Source of the DNA: the human T2T-CHM13v2.0 reference genome, Homo sapiens
Direction: 5' to 3' (one strand)
NCBI RefSeq assembly: GCF_009914755.1
Contig: NC_060941.1
Length of the DNA stretch: 64,000 nt
The notes below the pieces were generated by a model. It worked only from the letters and a program-made list of their open reading frames with translations. It had not been told where the DNA came from and ran no database searches. The translations under genes were made by a program, and so were the position numbers. Positions 35,118-51,715 of the stretch are shown here, one piece after another. Positions within the stretch are counted from its first letter, which is position 1. Every line of letters starts with the position of its first letter.

Positions 35118-35273
35118 GATCCTAAGCACTTCAAGTCAGAGAAGACAGGACGGGGACAGTTGAGGGAAGGCTGGAGAGATAGTCATCAGCCTATCATGTG
35201 CTCCTACAAGCTGGTGACTGTGAAGTTTGAGGTCTGGGGGCTTCAGACCAGAGTGGAACAATTTGTACACAAG
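35118..35273 (+). CDS. PITPNC1: PITPNC1 internal coding exon (52 codons, phase 0-0): [52 protein letters not shown]
   Basis: Polypyrimidine tract + TAG acceptor (35116-35117) and GTAAGT donor at 35274. Translation carries the PITP-family motifs KTGRG.L...W and MC.YKLV.V.F..WGLQ.RVE.F and matches recalled human PITPNC1. Confidence 0.97.
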
Positions 35274-35399
35274 GTAAGTGGTCCAACAGCAGTTCCTGGG
35301 CTGTGGACAAGGTAACTGTCTATATTGCCAAATTGGAGTCCATGATACACAACAGGTGCACAAATACATCAGGTCACTGCATCTCAAAAACACTTTTTG

Positions 35400-35723
<324 letters not shown>

Positions 35724-36071
35724 ATACTTTTTGGATGAAAATGCATTTTATGCATAGGTTCAATTTTCTTCCACTAATAGATGTTTTATGCCCCATCTCT
35801 CATTCTGTGACCTCCATGTCTATTAGGCAAGCGTATTTGGGAAACACACTTCTCAGTTTGGTATTGGACTCATCTACTCCCAGACAGAGAAACTTGGGAA
35901 ACAGCCAAAGGGCTTATCTGTGAGCACAGCCCCTAAGGTTAATTGCCACCCAAAAGATCTACAAATGTAAGCACCTAAGCAGAAGATGCCCAGAGGTAGA
36001 ACAAGAAATCCCAATAGTCCCATTAGACAGTATACCCCAGCATTTCTGCTTCTTTAATAATTCTGTTACTA

Positions 36072-36795
<724 letters not shown>

Positions 36796-37539
36796 GGCAT
36801 GTTCATTTTGTAGCAGAATCCCACTTGGTGAAGAGTCATATTTTCTCAGGGTTTCTAACATGACTCTGTCCCTCATGGGAGAAAAAAATGGGAAATGCAA
36901 TGTTGAGCATTGCCCTTTGTAGCTGCTCTCATTTTCATAAGAATAAATACTACCCAAATTGTCTCTACATTCCAGATAGGCTGGTTATCTGTTTATTTTT
37001 CCACTTAAAAACTGATAAGAGTAGCTTGCCAAAATTATTTTGGAGTCACTGGAATTTAACCTTAATGCACTGAGCTTTTTGTTACTTAGATGGATTTGTC
37101 TATTGAGATTGGGGGCCAGTTAACAATAAAAAGTTTAATTCTGGAATTTAGGTCCAAGAACTAGACTGCCAGTCTCTTGAACCCTCATAACTCAGGCTCA
37201 CGGTAATGGCAGACTCTGGCACAAACATGAGAGCCCTGGGTGTTTTCTTGAACAGAGAAGCATGCCACTCCTTTCCCGTGCTCCAGAACCCAGCCAGCCA
37301 GCCAGGAGCCAGAATGAAATGTGATACGTAGAAATCAAGCTCCAGGATCTCCTGTTTTCCTCCTGTGTCCTGATTATTGCACAGGAAAGCAATTGCAGCT
37401 CCCAAAGTAAATGTTTTCCAGCCTCAGCTTTGTGTCTATCTAAGGCAGTGTCTTCCTTGGTTTCCCACAGCATCCCTTTTTGTGTGTGGCTTTTTAAGGT
37501 AAAAAGACTTCCTCTTACTAGGGCCACTATCATAGTATT

Positions 37540-37843
37540 ATTTTGTTTTGTTTTGTTTTTTTGAGATGGAGTCTCAATCTGTTGCCCAGGCTGGAGTGCA
37601 GTGACATGATCTCGGCTCACTGCAACCTCCACCTCCCAGGTTCAAGCAATTCTTGTGCCTGAGCCTCCTGAGTAGCTGAGGCACAGGTGCATGCCACCAC
37701 ACCAGGCTAACTTTTGTATTATTAGTAGAGACGGGGTTTCACCATGTTAGCCAGGCCAGTCTCGAACTCCTAACCTTAAGTGATTTGCCTGCCTCGGCCT
37801 CCCAAAGTACTGGGTTTACAGTCGTGAGCCACCATGCCCGGCT
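37540..37843 (-). mobile_element. AluS
   Basis: Reverse Alu consensus. Confidence 0.92.
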
Positions 37844-37926
37844 TCATAGTGTGTTTTCCACTCACAAAGCATATTTAATAAGGCAGAGTTGTCAGTTAAA
37901 AAGAGAATAATACAAAATAAAAATAA

Positions 37927-38234
37927 GGCTGGGCGTGGTTCACACCTGTAATCCCAGCACTTTGAGAGGCCGAGGCAGGCAGATCACTTGAGGTCAGGAG
38001 TAGTTCGAGACCAGCCTGGCCAACATGGTGAACTCTCATCTCTACTAAAAATACAAAAATTAGCTGGGCGTGGTGACAGGTGACTGTAGTCCCAGCTACT
38101 CCAGAGGCCGAGGCAGGAGAATCACTTGAACCCAGGAAGTAGAGGTTGCAGTGAGCCTAGGTCGCGCCACTGCACTACAGCCTGGGGGACAGAGCAAGAC
38201 TCTGTCTCCAAAATAATAATAATAATAATAATAA
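37927..38234 (+). mobile_element. AluS with (AAT)n tail
   Basis: Alu consensus; head-to-head with the preceding Alu, about 83 bp apart. Confidence 0.92.
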
Positions 38235-38995
38235 TTTAAAAGGCCATATTTATATTGCCCCAGGGTCCACTGTGTTTCTTTTCTCACAGATGACTCAGGC
38301 TAGTTTTGAGAATCTGTTTCCTGAAAATACCTGTAAGATTTATGCCTTGCCCTTTCCAAATATAAGGAAGTGTTATTGACACTCCAGAAACGCACCTGCT
38401 CTCGCACGTGAGTCGCTAATGAGTATCTGAGGCTAGCATTTGCATGGGTTGAAGGTGCCAGGGATGCCTTTCTCTGAACACCTTTGTTTTTTTAAGAATC
38501 TATTCACAGTTAAGGGGAAAAAAATGTTCGAAAGCGAGCCATGAGCACATTATTGAATTCTGGTTTCCAGCCGACAGCTGTGTTGTGCTTCGTGTAATAG
38601 GGTACATTTACTGATGCCTCGATGCTGTTCTTTTGATTTCCATGAATTTGAGACACTCAGCACTCAAGTGTGTATAGCTGTGTGTTGTTTCTTGTATTCA
38701 TTATGTGTTTCCTACTTTCAAGTCATAAAAGCCTCACTAGATATCCAGAGGCCTGGAGTCATAAACACTTCATTATAAATGCTTTCCTTGTTTCTGCAAA
38801 TTCACTGAATTAAAATCCTTCATTTATTGAAACATGCTTGAACCTTCCACGAGAGGTTTTTCACAATCACTGGATTTGTTTGGCAGGAAGAAAGGAATGT
38901 TACAGGGATACTGTGAGTATCCAAGAAATGTAAAAAGACATATTTACCCAGGATGGAAAAGAATACCATGAAATAAAAACACATGAACAGTATCT

Positions 38996-39022
38996 CACAC
39001 ACGCAGACACACACACACACAC
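38996..39022. repeat. Interrupted (CA)n microsatellite
   Basis: Directly visible. Confidence 0.85.
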
Positions 39023-39272
39023 AAATGGTATATACTATTTTCCTTAGCCTTCTATTGCCATTATGTGTCACCATAAGAAACAATTTCATCCTTTTTGTGT
39101 CCAGTCAAGCTTGTCATTCCCATTACGTTCTATTCTAGTTCAGGTCTCTTTTTTCATCCTTTCAATGGTAAACGGCCTTTTTCCCCCTCTTCTATTACAT
39201 GAAAGTCAAACCTAAAAGGATATTTACTTATCTTGTATCTCACACATTCATTTATGCTTGTTTAAAAATTGA

Positions 39273-39600
39273 GGCCAGGCGTGGTGGCTCATGCCTGTAA
39301 TCCCAGCACTTTGGGAGGCCGAGGCAGGCAGATCACAAGATCAGGGGTTCGAGACCAGCCTGACCAACATGGTGAAACCCCGTCTCTACTAAAAAAATAC
39401 AAAAATTAGCCGGGCATGGTGACAGGCACCTGTAATCCCAGCTACTCAGGAGGCTGAGGCAGGAGAATCACTTGAACCAGGGAAGCGGAGGTTACAGTGA
39501 GCCGAGATCGCAGTGAGCCGAGATGGCGCCACTGCACTCCAGCCTGGGGGACAGAGCGAGACTCCGTCTCAAAAAAAAAAAAAAAAAAAAAGATAAAAAG
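39273..39600 (+). mobile_element. AluS with short internal duplication
   Basis: Alu consensus; cagtgagccgagat repeated. Confidence 0.93.
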
Positions 39601-39614
39601 AAAAATTGAATCAA

Positions 39615-39810
39615 TATTTATTTTTTAAATAATTTTTTGTGGGTACATAGTAGGTGTAAACATTTAGGGGGTACATGAGATGTTTTCATAAGGCCTGCAA
39701 TGTGAAATAGGCACAATGTGAGGAATGGGGTATCCATCCCCTCCAGCATTTATCCTTTGTGTTACAAAGAATCCAATTACACTCTTAAGTTATTTTAAAA
39801 TGTACAATTA
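39615..39810 (-). mobile_element. L1MA-type 3' end fragment
   Basis: ttttgtgggtacatagtaggtgta...gggtacatgagatgtttt...agcatttatcctttgtgttacaa..aatccaattacactc. Flanked by repeated aaaaattgaatca. Confidence 0.8.
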
Positions 39811-39823
39811 AAAAATTGAATCA

Positions 39824-40119
39824 GGCTGGGTGAAGTGGCTCACACCTGTAATCCCAGCACTTTGGGAGGCCAAGACAGGTGAACTGCTCGAGGCCGGGAG
39901 TTTGAGACCAGCCTGGACAACATGGCGAAACCCTGTCTGTACTAAAAATACAAAAATTAGCCAGGCATGGTGGTGCGCACCTGTAGTCCCAGCTACTGAG
40001 GAGGCTAAGGCACAAGAATCACTTAAACACAAGAGGCAGAGGTTATAGTGAGTTGAGATTGCACCACTGCACTTCAGCCTGGGGGACAGAGCAAGACTGT
40101 CTCAAAAAAAAAAAAAAAA
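39824..40119 (+). mobile_element. AluS
   Basis: Alu consensus. Confidence 0.92.
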
Positions 40120-40125
40120 TCAGTA

Positions 40126-40607
<482 letters not shown>

Positions 40608-41032
40608 CTAGATTTCCAAAATTTATGACCTCCTGGCACCAGTGAGACACACCCTCCCACAGATGAAAAGTAGATGCTGTTTTAGTTAAAAATAAATGGA
40701 GAGAAAAACTTCAAGGTAATTAACCTAGATATTTATTTGTATCACTGCTGTGTGACTGTCAAGTATTTGTCATTAGTTTGTACACACACCCAGCCCTACT
40801 CTCAAATAAGACAAAGAGATGAATATACTGCAAGTGTGTGTACACCATGGGGAAGGGCTGGAGGTGTGTGAGCACTATAGGACCTATAGGCAGCCTGTAA
40901 TTGTCATCACCTATGGACAGAGGGATTAAGAACTCTGTAATCACCAAGATCCCCAGAATTGTTAACAACTTGTCTTCCAGATAGTTTTCATCAAAGATGC
41001 TATTATTTCAGTCTCCTTCTTTTACTTTTTAG

Positions 41033-41096
41033 GTGGTCCGAGACATTCTGCTGATTGGACATAGACAGGCTTTTGCATGGGTTGATGAGTGGTATG
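41033..41096 (+). CDS. PITPNC1: PITPNC1 internal coding exon (64 nt, phase 0-1): VVRDILLIGHRQAFAWVDEWY+G
   Basis: ctccttcttttactttttAG acceptor and GTAAGT donor at 41097. PITP motif HRQ.F.W.D.W, in frame with the previous exon. Confidence 0.97.
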
Positions 41097-41479
41097 GTAA
41101 GTCAATTTCTCCAAAATAACTTGTAGAACAACTTCATGTTGTCTCGGGCTTTCTGTCCATTTGGCTTCAACTGCTACCTAGAAGGACAACAACAAAGGCA
41201 AGGCCGCTGCTTCCTGTGTTGGAAATAGCACTGTCTGCCAAGCATAATGAAGATGTAATTATAGAAGCTTGGTCTAAAATAACCACAGAATTATTGACTA
41301 AGTAGGAACCTCAGGATGTTTGATGCTTACATAGTTGATACGCATGGCTCCATCATTCTCTGTTAGATGGGTTTCAAACCCATCCTAATTTATCCCAAAC
41401 TTCAAGATCAAAGCTGTCTGAAGCATCCTGTCAAGTAAAAGCAGTCCTTTGATTCAGACAACATTTGAAACCACCCCTT

Positions 41480-41795
<316 letters not shown>

Positions 41796-43126
41796 TCAAC
41801 AAATATATACAGGTTCTGCAAGAATTTAAGGGCAGACAGAGGCATAGGTGCCCCGTTCATCCTAATTGAAACTATTGTTCTGGCTTTTTTTTCATGATCT
41901 GGGAAGAGTTAAACAATTTCTACACATTTGCAGCAAATGAAAACAAGGTTAGCTTCATCCCATGATGGATGGACCATCCTTCCCAGGTCCTCAGCAGTCT
42001 TGTTTTGTCCACATGAATTTTCTGCACTCCCAGAATCAGTCATCAGATGGCTACCGTCCTTGGCTATAAATAGAAAGGAACACGCCCCACCGGTGACTTA
42101 GGTTAGATCTGATTTTCAGGTCGATTGTCTAATGAAATGCCCTTCTCCTTGGCCTTTTCCAAAGTCACATTAAATTTGTTCTGAGTATAACCTAGATTGC
42201 ATTTTGGTCCTTTTCTGTCATTGTTTCACCAACTCCCTCCCTTTTCTGAGCAGAAGGTACCAAAGTAAAAGGACACGTTAGACGGAAGGGGCAAAGACAG
42301 TCATTATTATTAATATTGTTAGCTATTTCTGAGCCACATTTAAAAGGCATGGTTCTATAAGCTATGGGCTTTTCTTTTTTTTTTCTTTTTTTCTTACCTC
42401 CTTTTGCAGTTTTCCCAGATCTGCACCTTCTGAAGAGCAAATGCACCTTCCTGGGTTTGTCCAAATGCAGATCATTTATGCTCTCTTATCACACACCCAC
42501 AGAATGCCGCTCTCATACCGCAAAAGCACTGGCTTGCCACATTGTCATGTAGTCTCCCAGAGACCTGTCTATTTCTAGTTGTGTTTTGTGAGGCAGGCAG
42601 GAGAGTCTCCTGTGATTACTTCCTCTGATCCTTAAATAAATCTTTCTGGTTGTTTTTTTCTGGGGCGCTTTTCTCCGATTCTCAGAGGGAGCACAGACCC
42701 CAAGAAAGGATAAGAACTTCTGGTCTCTCCCAGCTTGTGCTCCTCAGAGCTCATGGTTTCCTTGCTACCAACACCAAGGAAATATCAAAAGGATATTTAA
42801 AGAATCATAGGTGCAAACTGATTAGAAGTTTGGCAAAAAGAGAGGTACCTGAAGGGCCAAAAATCTGCCACTTTGAAAACCAACACACAGGGCACTTGGA
42901 TAGGTTTCTCTCTGTTGCCAGAGTGCCAAAGAAGATTTTTCAGCTAAAAGAATAGCCGGGCTCTGATCAAGAGGACAGAATAATAAAAAGGGTTTGATTA
43001 GAGGCAGGATATAGGAAGAAAACCCAGTGTGGGTGGGTATCTAGTAAATGAAAGGCCAGGAAGGCGATGGGGCCTGACTTTTCCATCTCAGCTGAGCCTA
43101 GGGCAAGGAAGAGACTTAGGGACTTC

Positions 43127-43424
43127 TTTTTTTTTTTTTTGAGACAGAGTCTCGCACTGTCGTACGGACTGGAGTGCAATGGCACAATCTCGGCTCACTG
43201 CAACCTCCGCCTCCCAGGTTCAAGCGATTCTCCTTGCCTCAGCCTCCCAAGTAGCTGGGATTACAGGCTCCCACCACCACGCCCTGCTAATTTTTTTTGT
43301 CTTTTTAGTAGAGATGGGGTTTTACTATGCTGGCCAGGTTGGTCTCAAACTCCTGACCTCGTGATCCGCCCACCTCAGCCTCCCAAAGTGCTGGGATTAC
43401 AGGCATGAGCCACTGCGCCCGGCC
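43127..43424 (-). mobile_element. AluS
   Basis: Reverse Alu consensus; TSD ttagggacttct. Confidence 0.93.
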
Positions 43425-43486
43425 TTAGGGACTTCTAATAAAAGACTTAGGGACTTCTAATAAAAATTGAAAGAAAAAAAAAAACT

Positions 43487-43790
43487 GCCAGGCACGGTAG
43501 TTCACACCTGTAATCCCAGCACTTTGGGAAGCCTAGGATGGAGGATCACTTGAGCCCAGGAATTCGAGACCAGCATGGGCGACATAGCAAGACATCATCT
43601 CTACAAAATAAATAAATAAAATTAGCCAGGCACAGTGGTGCATGTCCGTAGTCTTAGCTATTCAGGAGACCGAGGTGAAAGGATCACTTGAGCCCAGGAG
43701 CTGGAGGCTGCAGTGAGCTATGATCGCAGCACTGCACTCTAGCCTGGGTGACCGAACAAGACCTCGTCTCTTTAAAAAAAAAAAAAAAAG
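43487..43790 (+). mobile_element. AluJ
   Basis: Alu consensus; head-to-head with the preceding Alu, about 62 bp apart. Confidence 0.92.
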
Positions 43791-44404
43791 AATTCTGGGA
43801 TTACAACAGGAGCCCAAGGCTAGAATAATGTATCAAAGGAAACAGGAGATCTCCCCGAATCTGGAGACCTTCAAAAGAGAGCACTTATTTACTTAGGATG
43901 AGTGAAGTGGAGGCATTTAACAACTAAGGAGTCTATTGTGCAAAAAACCTTTTCCTTATCTGAGCACAAAACAACACTGTGGGCTTTAGTGAATGTGGAT
44001 CATTAGGACACCTTGCACTCCCCAGAGTGGGTCTCCCCCTGCATACACTGACATAGCCCCAGCCAAAACAAGCAGCCTTTTCACTCAGCAGTGGTCTGAG
44101 AACTACACCGTTAATTTCATGTAAGCTTCTGCAACCATCAGTACCCACAGCTGAGCTGCTGACCAGGAAAACAGTGGCTCCTTCATCACACAGATGCAGA
44201 CACTCAGTGAATCAAATGAATGGAAATGACTCCTGTCCACAGAGTGCCTTCTCAGTCCCATATTCAAAGTAATTCTGGGAACTGTGGGCCATATGTGCCA
44301 CTGGTACCCAGGCTAAGCGCCCACCAGCATTACCCTTCCACTCCATTTTGGGGTACCTGAAGTGGCCTATTTTTATTTGTTCTGGACAGGCTCAGTGAGA
44401 CTCT

Positions 44405-44436
44405 CATGGAAACATGGAAACATGGAAACATGGAAA
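44405..44436. repeat. (CATGGAAA)4 perfect tandem repeat
   Basis: Directly visible. Confidence 0.97.
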
Positions 44437-44476
44437 AGATCCAAAATAAATCCTTGCCTATAGCTATAGCGTCTAG

Positions 44477-44662
44477 CACTGGTTCTCAAAGTAAGGTCCC
44501 TGGACCTGCAACGTCAGCATCCCTAGGGTACTTGTTAGAAATGCATATTCTCAGGCCCCACCCCAAACCTACTGACTCAGAAACTCTGAGGGTCTAGCCC
44601 AGCAATTGTTTTAACAAGCCCTCCAGATGGTTCTGTTGCTGGCTAAAGTTTAAGAACTACTG
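44477..44662. mobile_element. MER5A (hAT-Charlie) MITE
   Basis: ctggttctcaaagt...cttgttagaaatgcatattctcaggccccacccc..acctactga.tcagaaactctg...aagtttaagaactactg. Confidence 0.85.
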
Positions 44663-45876
44663 GCTTATAGCATGGGCTATAAACCAGACTGGGACATTGG
44701 GTTGTAAGGACCGTTTAATTGATTCAATCCAAATAGGTTAACTAGAGAATCATAGCTGTCTGCAGGGCCAACCACACTCCAGCCTGGGCGATAGAGCGAG
44801 CCTTTGTCTCTAAAAAACAAAAAATAAAATCAATTTTAAAATGATTGCAGGAACCCAAATTCTTACAACTCTGATTTCTTGTGAGAATTAGAAAAAAAAG
44901 CTTCCCTTTAGACAGACGAATTAGAAAAAGGTGCCCCTTCTGGGCAGACTCAGCAGGTGCTCTGGGCTTAGGGCTGAATTTGAGCCCCATTTGCCTCCTC
45001 TGCTGTGTGTTCATACAGTGCACAAACTGTACACACTGATGCATGGGTAGCTCTAGATGTCTTTCTCTCTAATTAGACACACCACCTCCAGTGCTTAATT
45101 AAGAGTCAAGAAAAAAGGACATTGTTGAGGGTAGTGATCATTTGTCAGCCAAGGATGAATTTTGTATCTCTTCTGAGTTTCAGCATTTGGCTGTCACGAA
45201 ACTGTTTCCCTAAAGAGATTTTATTCTGTTCGTGTTCATTGTAAAGTGTAACCATTTCCATATTGGAGGAGTTGAGTGTGTCTTTCAAAGCCGTGATTGG
45301 TCTTTATCCATGAGCCTTGGGTCTCTCTGCACGACTAGAACGCTAATCAGAGAAATAACAACAACGTATTTCAGGAGATGGGGTGAGAGGGAAGGTGGAT
45401 AAAAATAGGCAGCCCAGTTTCACAAAGGCTTGGTTTTGCTTTACAAATCTGACAGTGTTTTGAGAAAGGAACACAGAACATTGCCAGAAGGAGCCTATGA
45501 TTGAGGTGAACCTCACGAATGTCTTTGAAAACCTGACTCTAACCAAAAAGTATGAGGGAGGGAGAGTTCTGGCTGCTGTAGACGACACTACCTCATGAAA
45601 GTGACTTAGAAATCAGCCTGGAGTCCCTAGAGCAGGTCTAACAATGAGGGAGGCAAGATTAAAATGGAGAAAGAAGCCTGCTAGGGGTTGCATGAGCTGG
45701 TTGAGTTCACCAAGCCAGATTTTCCAACGCAACATTTTATGTGTGTGTGCTTGTATTCGTTTATCTGGGGAGAGAATGAATAACTTTCCATCAGATTTTC
45801 AGAGGAACCTGTGAACCCTTCCCCTGCCTACTCCCTGCTCCCAATTAAAAACTACAGAAAAAAATCACAACTATAA

Positions 45877-46215
<339 letters not shown>

Positions 46216-46886
46216 TTATGTGGAAAAGGTATACACCACACTTCGAGGATTGGCTACTTTCACTACAAAAAAATGGAGTCACCCTAAGCTTTTTGTAAGA
46301 AGCATGTATTGAATTTGTAATCATTGTAAAGGGTTTAAAAAATGGCATTTCTCAAAGGATGGCTACCATTTTGCTGGAGCCAAAGAAGTATCCATTCTTA
46401 TTTATGATTTCTGGGGCCTCCCTGACCCAACTACTTGTTCAAGACTTTTATTTTGACTTAGAATGATGTAAAAATGACTTCTGTTTTGGTGAAGGAGGCT
46501 GAAAGTGAACGGAAATGTTTGTAGAGGGAAATAAAGTATAATGTGCCATTTCACAGATCATTGAATTAGAACAGAAGACTCCCCTTTTTAAAATGTTTGC
46601 TGCTGCAACTGTGTGGTACAATGAAGGAAAATTCACGCTTGCAGATGCTTTGTTCAAGGGCATTTGTAGTTTCCATGTGTGTTCAACTGACTTCTAAAGG
46701 CCTTTCAAACATATGATCTTGCCTCCACTTCCTGTGAAATTAACCTCCTTTCTTTAAAAATACAATGATTTAAAGAAAATTGCCACCATAAACAAAGCTA
46801 AAAGACTAGGGGAAAATATTTGCTGCATATGTAGTCAACAGGATTACCATCTATAATATATAAAGAGGTCCTATAAATTGAAAATT

Positions 46887-47190
46887 TGGCCAGGTGTGGT
46901 TGTTCATACCTGTAATCCCAGCACTTTGGGAGGCCAAGGCAGGAGAATCACTCGAGCTGAGGAGTTTGAGACCAGCCCTGGCAACACAGGGAGACCCCAT
47001 CTCTACAAAAATTAAAAATTAGCTGGACATGATGGTGTGCCTGTAGTCCCAGCTGCTTGGGAGGCTGAGGTGGAAGGACCACTTGAGTCTGGGAGGTCAA
47101 GGCTGCAGGGAACTATGGTCACACCACTGCACTCCAGCCTAGGTGACAGAGCAAAACCCTATCTCAAAAAAAAAAAAAAAAAAAAAAAAA
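46887..47190 (+). mobile_element. AluJ
   Basis: Alu consensus. Confidence 0.92.
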
Positions 47191-47471
47191 TCAGTCACTC
47201 AAGAAAATGGTAAAGGATATGAATAAGTAAATCATAGAAGAAGAAATACAAATAGCCAATAAACTTACTAGTAATCACAAGAACCGTAATGAGAAAAACA
47301 AGAAAATAGGACATTTGCCCATCTGATAGCAAAAATTTAAGAGTGATTATATCCAGTTTTCAATATAAAATGATAATCCAATTTAATAAAATATACCATA
47401 GAAATGATAAGCACAAACAACTTATGACCCAGCCAATCCACTTCCAGAATTTTATTCTGGAATACACATGA

Positions 47472-47818
<347 letters not shown>

Positions 47819-48435
47819 CTATTCTGTGTGGTGGTGTTCATATAAGCTAAAAATTAGTCTCAGTGTAAATGTTTACTAACAGGATTATCAATTAACAAAT
47901 CCCCTGAGACCAGAGCCTCTTTGCCAAAGTGGAGCTGATGGTTGAGGAGGAGATTTTGGCCTCAGCCCAGTCACTGGCAGAGGAGAACGTTCTACTCAGG
48001 CCCCATGCAGTATGACCTCACGCCCTGAGATAAGAGTCTGGGATCTGATCTCTCCTCACCTGAAGGAGAGCAAGAAAGAGAAGAAAAGAAATGGCCTCTC
48101 CAGAGGGCAAGGAAAGGAAATATTGTCCCACTGAAGTACAGTGAGCAGGGCATGTGTGTTCCCAAAATACTTCCCAGGGCTGTTTAACCTCTGATAGCAG
48201 AGTCTCAAAGATATTAGGATGCACTTTCTTTATCAGAAGAAATACCGTACCAGTTGCAATAGTCTCTTAAATTAGGCAATTATCCCCAGTATTGCTGGCT
48301 TAAGGAGTCTTTATGTAGGAAACCTTATTTAGGAAGAGTAAATTATGACCTTTCACAATCTATAAGTGAAGGGCTGACTGTTTACCAATGTATTTGCAAA
48401 GTAATTGACATGGGCTTCCTTTAATTAAGAGTTTG

Positions 48436-48743
48436 GGCCGGGTGTGATGGCTCACGCCTGTAATCCCAGCACTTTGGGAGGCCGAGGCGGGTGAATCACA
48501 AGGTCAGGAGTTCGCGACCAGCCTGGCCAACATGGTGAAACCCCGTCACTACTAAAAATACAAAAATTAGCTGGGTGTGGTGGCGGGTGCCTGTAATCCC
48601 AGCTACTTGGGAGGCTAAGGCAGGAGAATCGCTTGAACCCGGAAGGCCGAGTTTGTGGTAAGCCAAGATATCACACCATTGCACTCCAGCCCGGGTGACA
48701 AGAGCGAAACTGAGTCTCAAAAAAAAAAAAAAAAAAAAAAAAA
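48436..48743 (+). mobile_element. AluS
   Basis: Alu consensus; TSD aagagtt. Confidence 0.93.
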
Positions 48744-49214
48744 GAGTTGATACACATAAGCATTTGTTTGCTGGAAGCAAAGAAGTCTGAACCTAAATTG
48801 TTTGAAGTCACTCTGATCATTGAAAATCAATCAATAATAAAGATGAATCATCATTACTGTATAATCTGTCATTGGGCACATGTAACTGAATTTACTAAAA
48901 TATTGATTTCTACAAAGATTTTGAGGTCATATATGTTGCAAAAGCTAGACAGTGCATTTTACCAGCTAACCTGAACAGGAGCATTTTCACTTGATTAGGA
49001 TTTCCATAAATTTCTGAGAAATACTGAAAATATTTACATCATGTTCATACACATTTATAGTCTGTGAGGATATTTCAGGATTTAGACAAACATATTTTCC
49101 TTCACAGCAGGGACCATATTATCACCATCTTTTAGAGAACTACTCTACTAGGAATGTTCATTCCTATGTGGCAAAATTGGGAGATTTTCTTTTATAGAAT
49201 TTTCTGAAATTTCA

Positions 49215-49646
<432 letters not shown>

Positions 49647-49668
49647 TCATAATGATCCAAAATAACAA

Positions 49669-49970
49669 ATTTTTTTTTTTTTTTTTTGAGACAGAGTCTT
49701 GCTCTGTCGCCCAGGCTGGAGTGCAGTGACATGATCTTGACTCACTGCAGCCTCCGTCTCCCAGGTTCAAGCGATTCTTGTACCTCAGCCTCCTGAGTAG
49801 CTGGGGGTTACGGGTGTGTGCCACCATACCTGGCTAATTTTTCTATTTTTAGTAGAGACAGGGTTTCACCATGTTGGCCGGGCTGGTCTCCAACTCCTGG
49901 CCTCAGGTGATCCGCCCATCTCGGCCTCCCAAAGTGCTGGGATTACAGGCATAAGCCACCCTGCCCAGCC
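49669..49970 (-). mobile_element. AluS
   Basis: Reverse Alu consensus; tail-to-tail with the preceding Alu, about 107 bp apart. Confidence 0.93.
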
Positions 49971-49994
49971 CAACATAACAGATTCTTAAATAAT

Positions 49995-50400
49995 GTTTTT
50001 TTTTTTCTTTTCCACAAGCAACGCATATTTGATGTAGAAAATTTCAAAAATGTAGATAAGCAAAAAGAAGGAAATTAAAATTACCTGTAATTCTAACTCT
50101 TCAAAATAATCACTGTTAACATTTTGAAATATATCCTTTCAGTGTTTTTTTAATGTAGATAATGGTTTTCTGACTAAATTGATTTCATATGCTATATACA
50201 GTTCTTTTTACCTATTTTTTATTTAACAATAGATTAAGGATATCTCTCTAGGATTAACTATTCTTCTACCTAATTTTTAACAATTGCATAGTGCTATCAG
50301 TCCCCTGGGTTGTTTTCAATTTTTCATTATTATGAACATTGCTGAACAAGGCAGCAATGAATATCTTTGTTGTTAAACCCTTTTTCACATCCATAAAATG
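49995..50400 (-). mobile_element. Old L1ME4-like 3' fragment
   Basis: tgtagaaaatttcaaaaatgtagataagcaaaaagaag...ataatcactgttaacattttg. Confidence 0.55.
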
Positions 50401-51323
50401 GATACATCTTTGAAAGCCCATAGTCACAAAGTTTAAGCCCCTATCTTGACGTTGAGCTAATTCAAGATGAAGTATGATTTCTGTGGGGATTCAATAGAAC
50501 AAAAAAACCTATAACTCCTTGGCTTTTGTTTTCCAAATTACTGTCATGCCTGTTGGGATGGTGGGGGGCACCCCCTAATGACATATGTGTAGAGAAACTT
50601 CTTTAAATTTTCAACTCCTAGCTAAAAGTGATCGTCTAGTATTATTTCAGATATATTTGTGTTTAAGAAATGTTGATAAGCAGCCATTGAAAGTGATTGT
50701 ACTGAAAGAATGTGTTGTTATTATTAACTAAGATGCATTTGTTTTCATCATAAAGCAGCATCTCTTTATTGCTTTTTGGTTACCTCGATTTTCTAAAAGA
50801 AGAGCATGCTCCTTGCTTGGCCAAGCTGCTGCTTAGCATTCTTGATACTTACATTGCTTATGGACCGCATTTGCGATTGAGGATCTCCAGGTATACCTGG
50901 GAATGATCTTCTGCATAAAATAGACCAGGTCTGGATTTAGAGGCACACAGCATCTTGGTCCCAGACCACAGTGAATTAAATCATAAACTCCTGGCAAATC
51001 TGCCCTTTGGAAATGAAGAGGATCTCACATGACACATGGATTGATATAAAAAGACACCAAACCACATGATGCAGAAAATACCTAAGGAAAAATTCCAGCT
51101 GTGAATGCCCACTCTAAATCCCCACTAAGCCAATTAGTGGTCAGGGTGGCAGAGGAAGCACTTTGTTCGGCATACCATCATTGGTAAAGAGCATGAAGTT
51201 CCGCTCTGCCAAGAGAGTAACAGAGGAATGCCTACCTGGGAATATTGCTGATAAAATGTAAAATAACCAAGGAGCCGGGTAGGGGTGGGGGTAAAATGAC
51301 AGAAGTATTTGAAGTGAGACTAA

Positions 51324-51710
<387 letters not shown>

Positions 51711-51715
51711 TAAGA

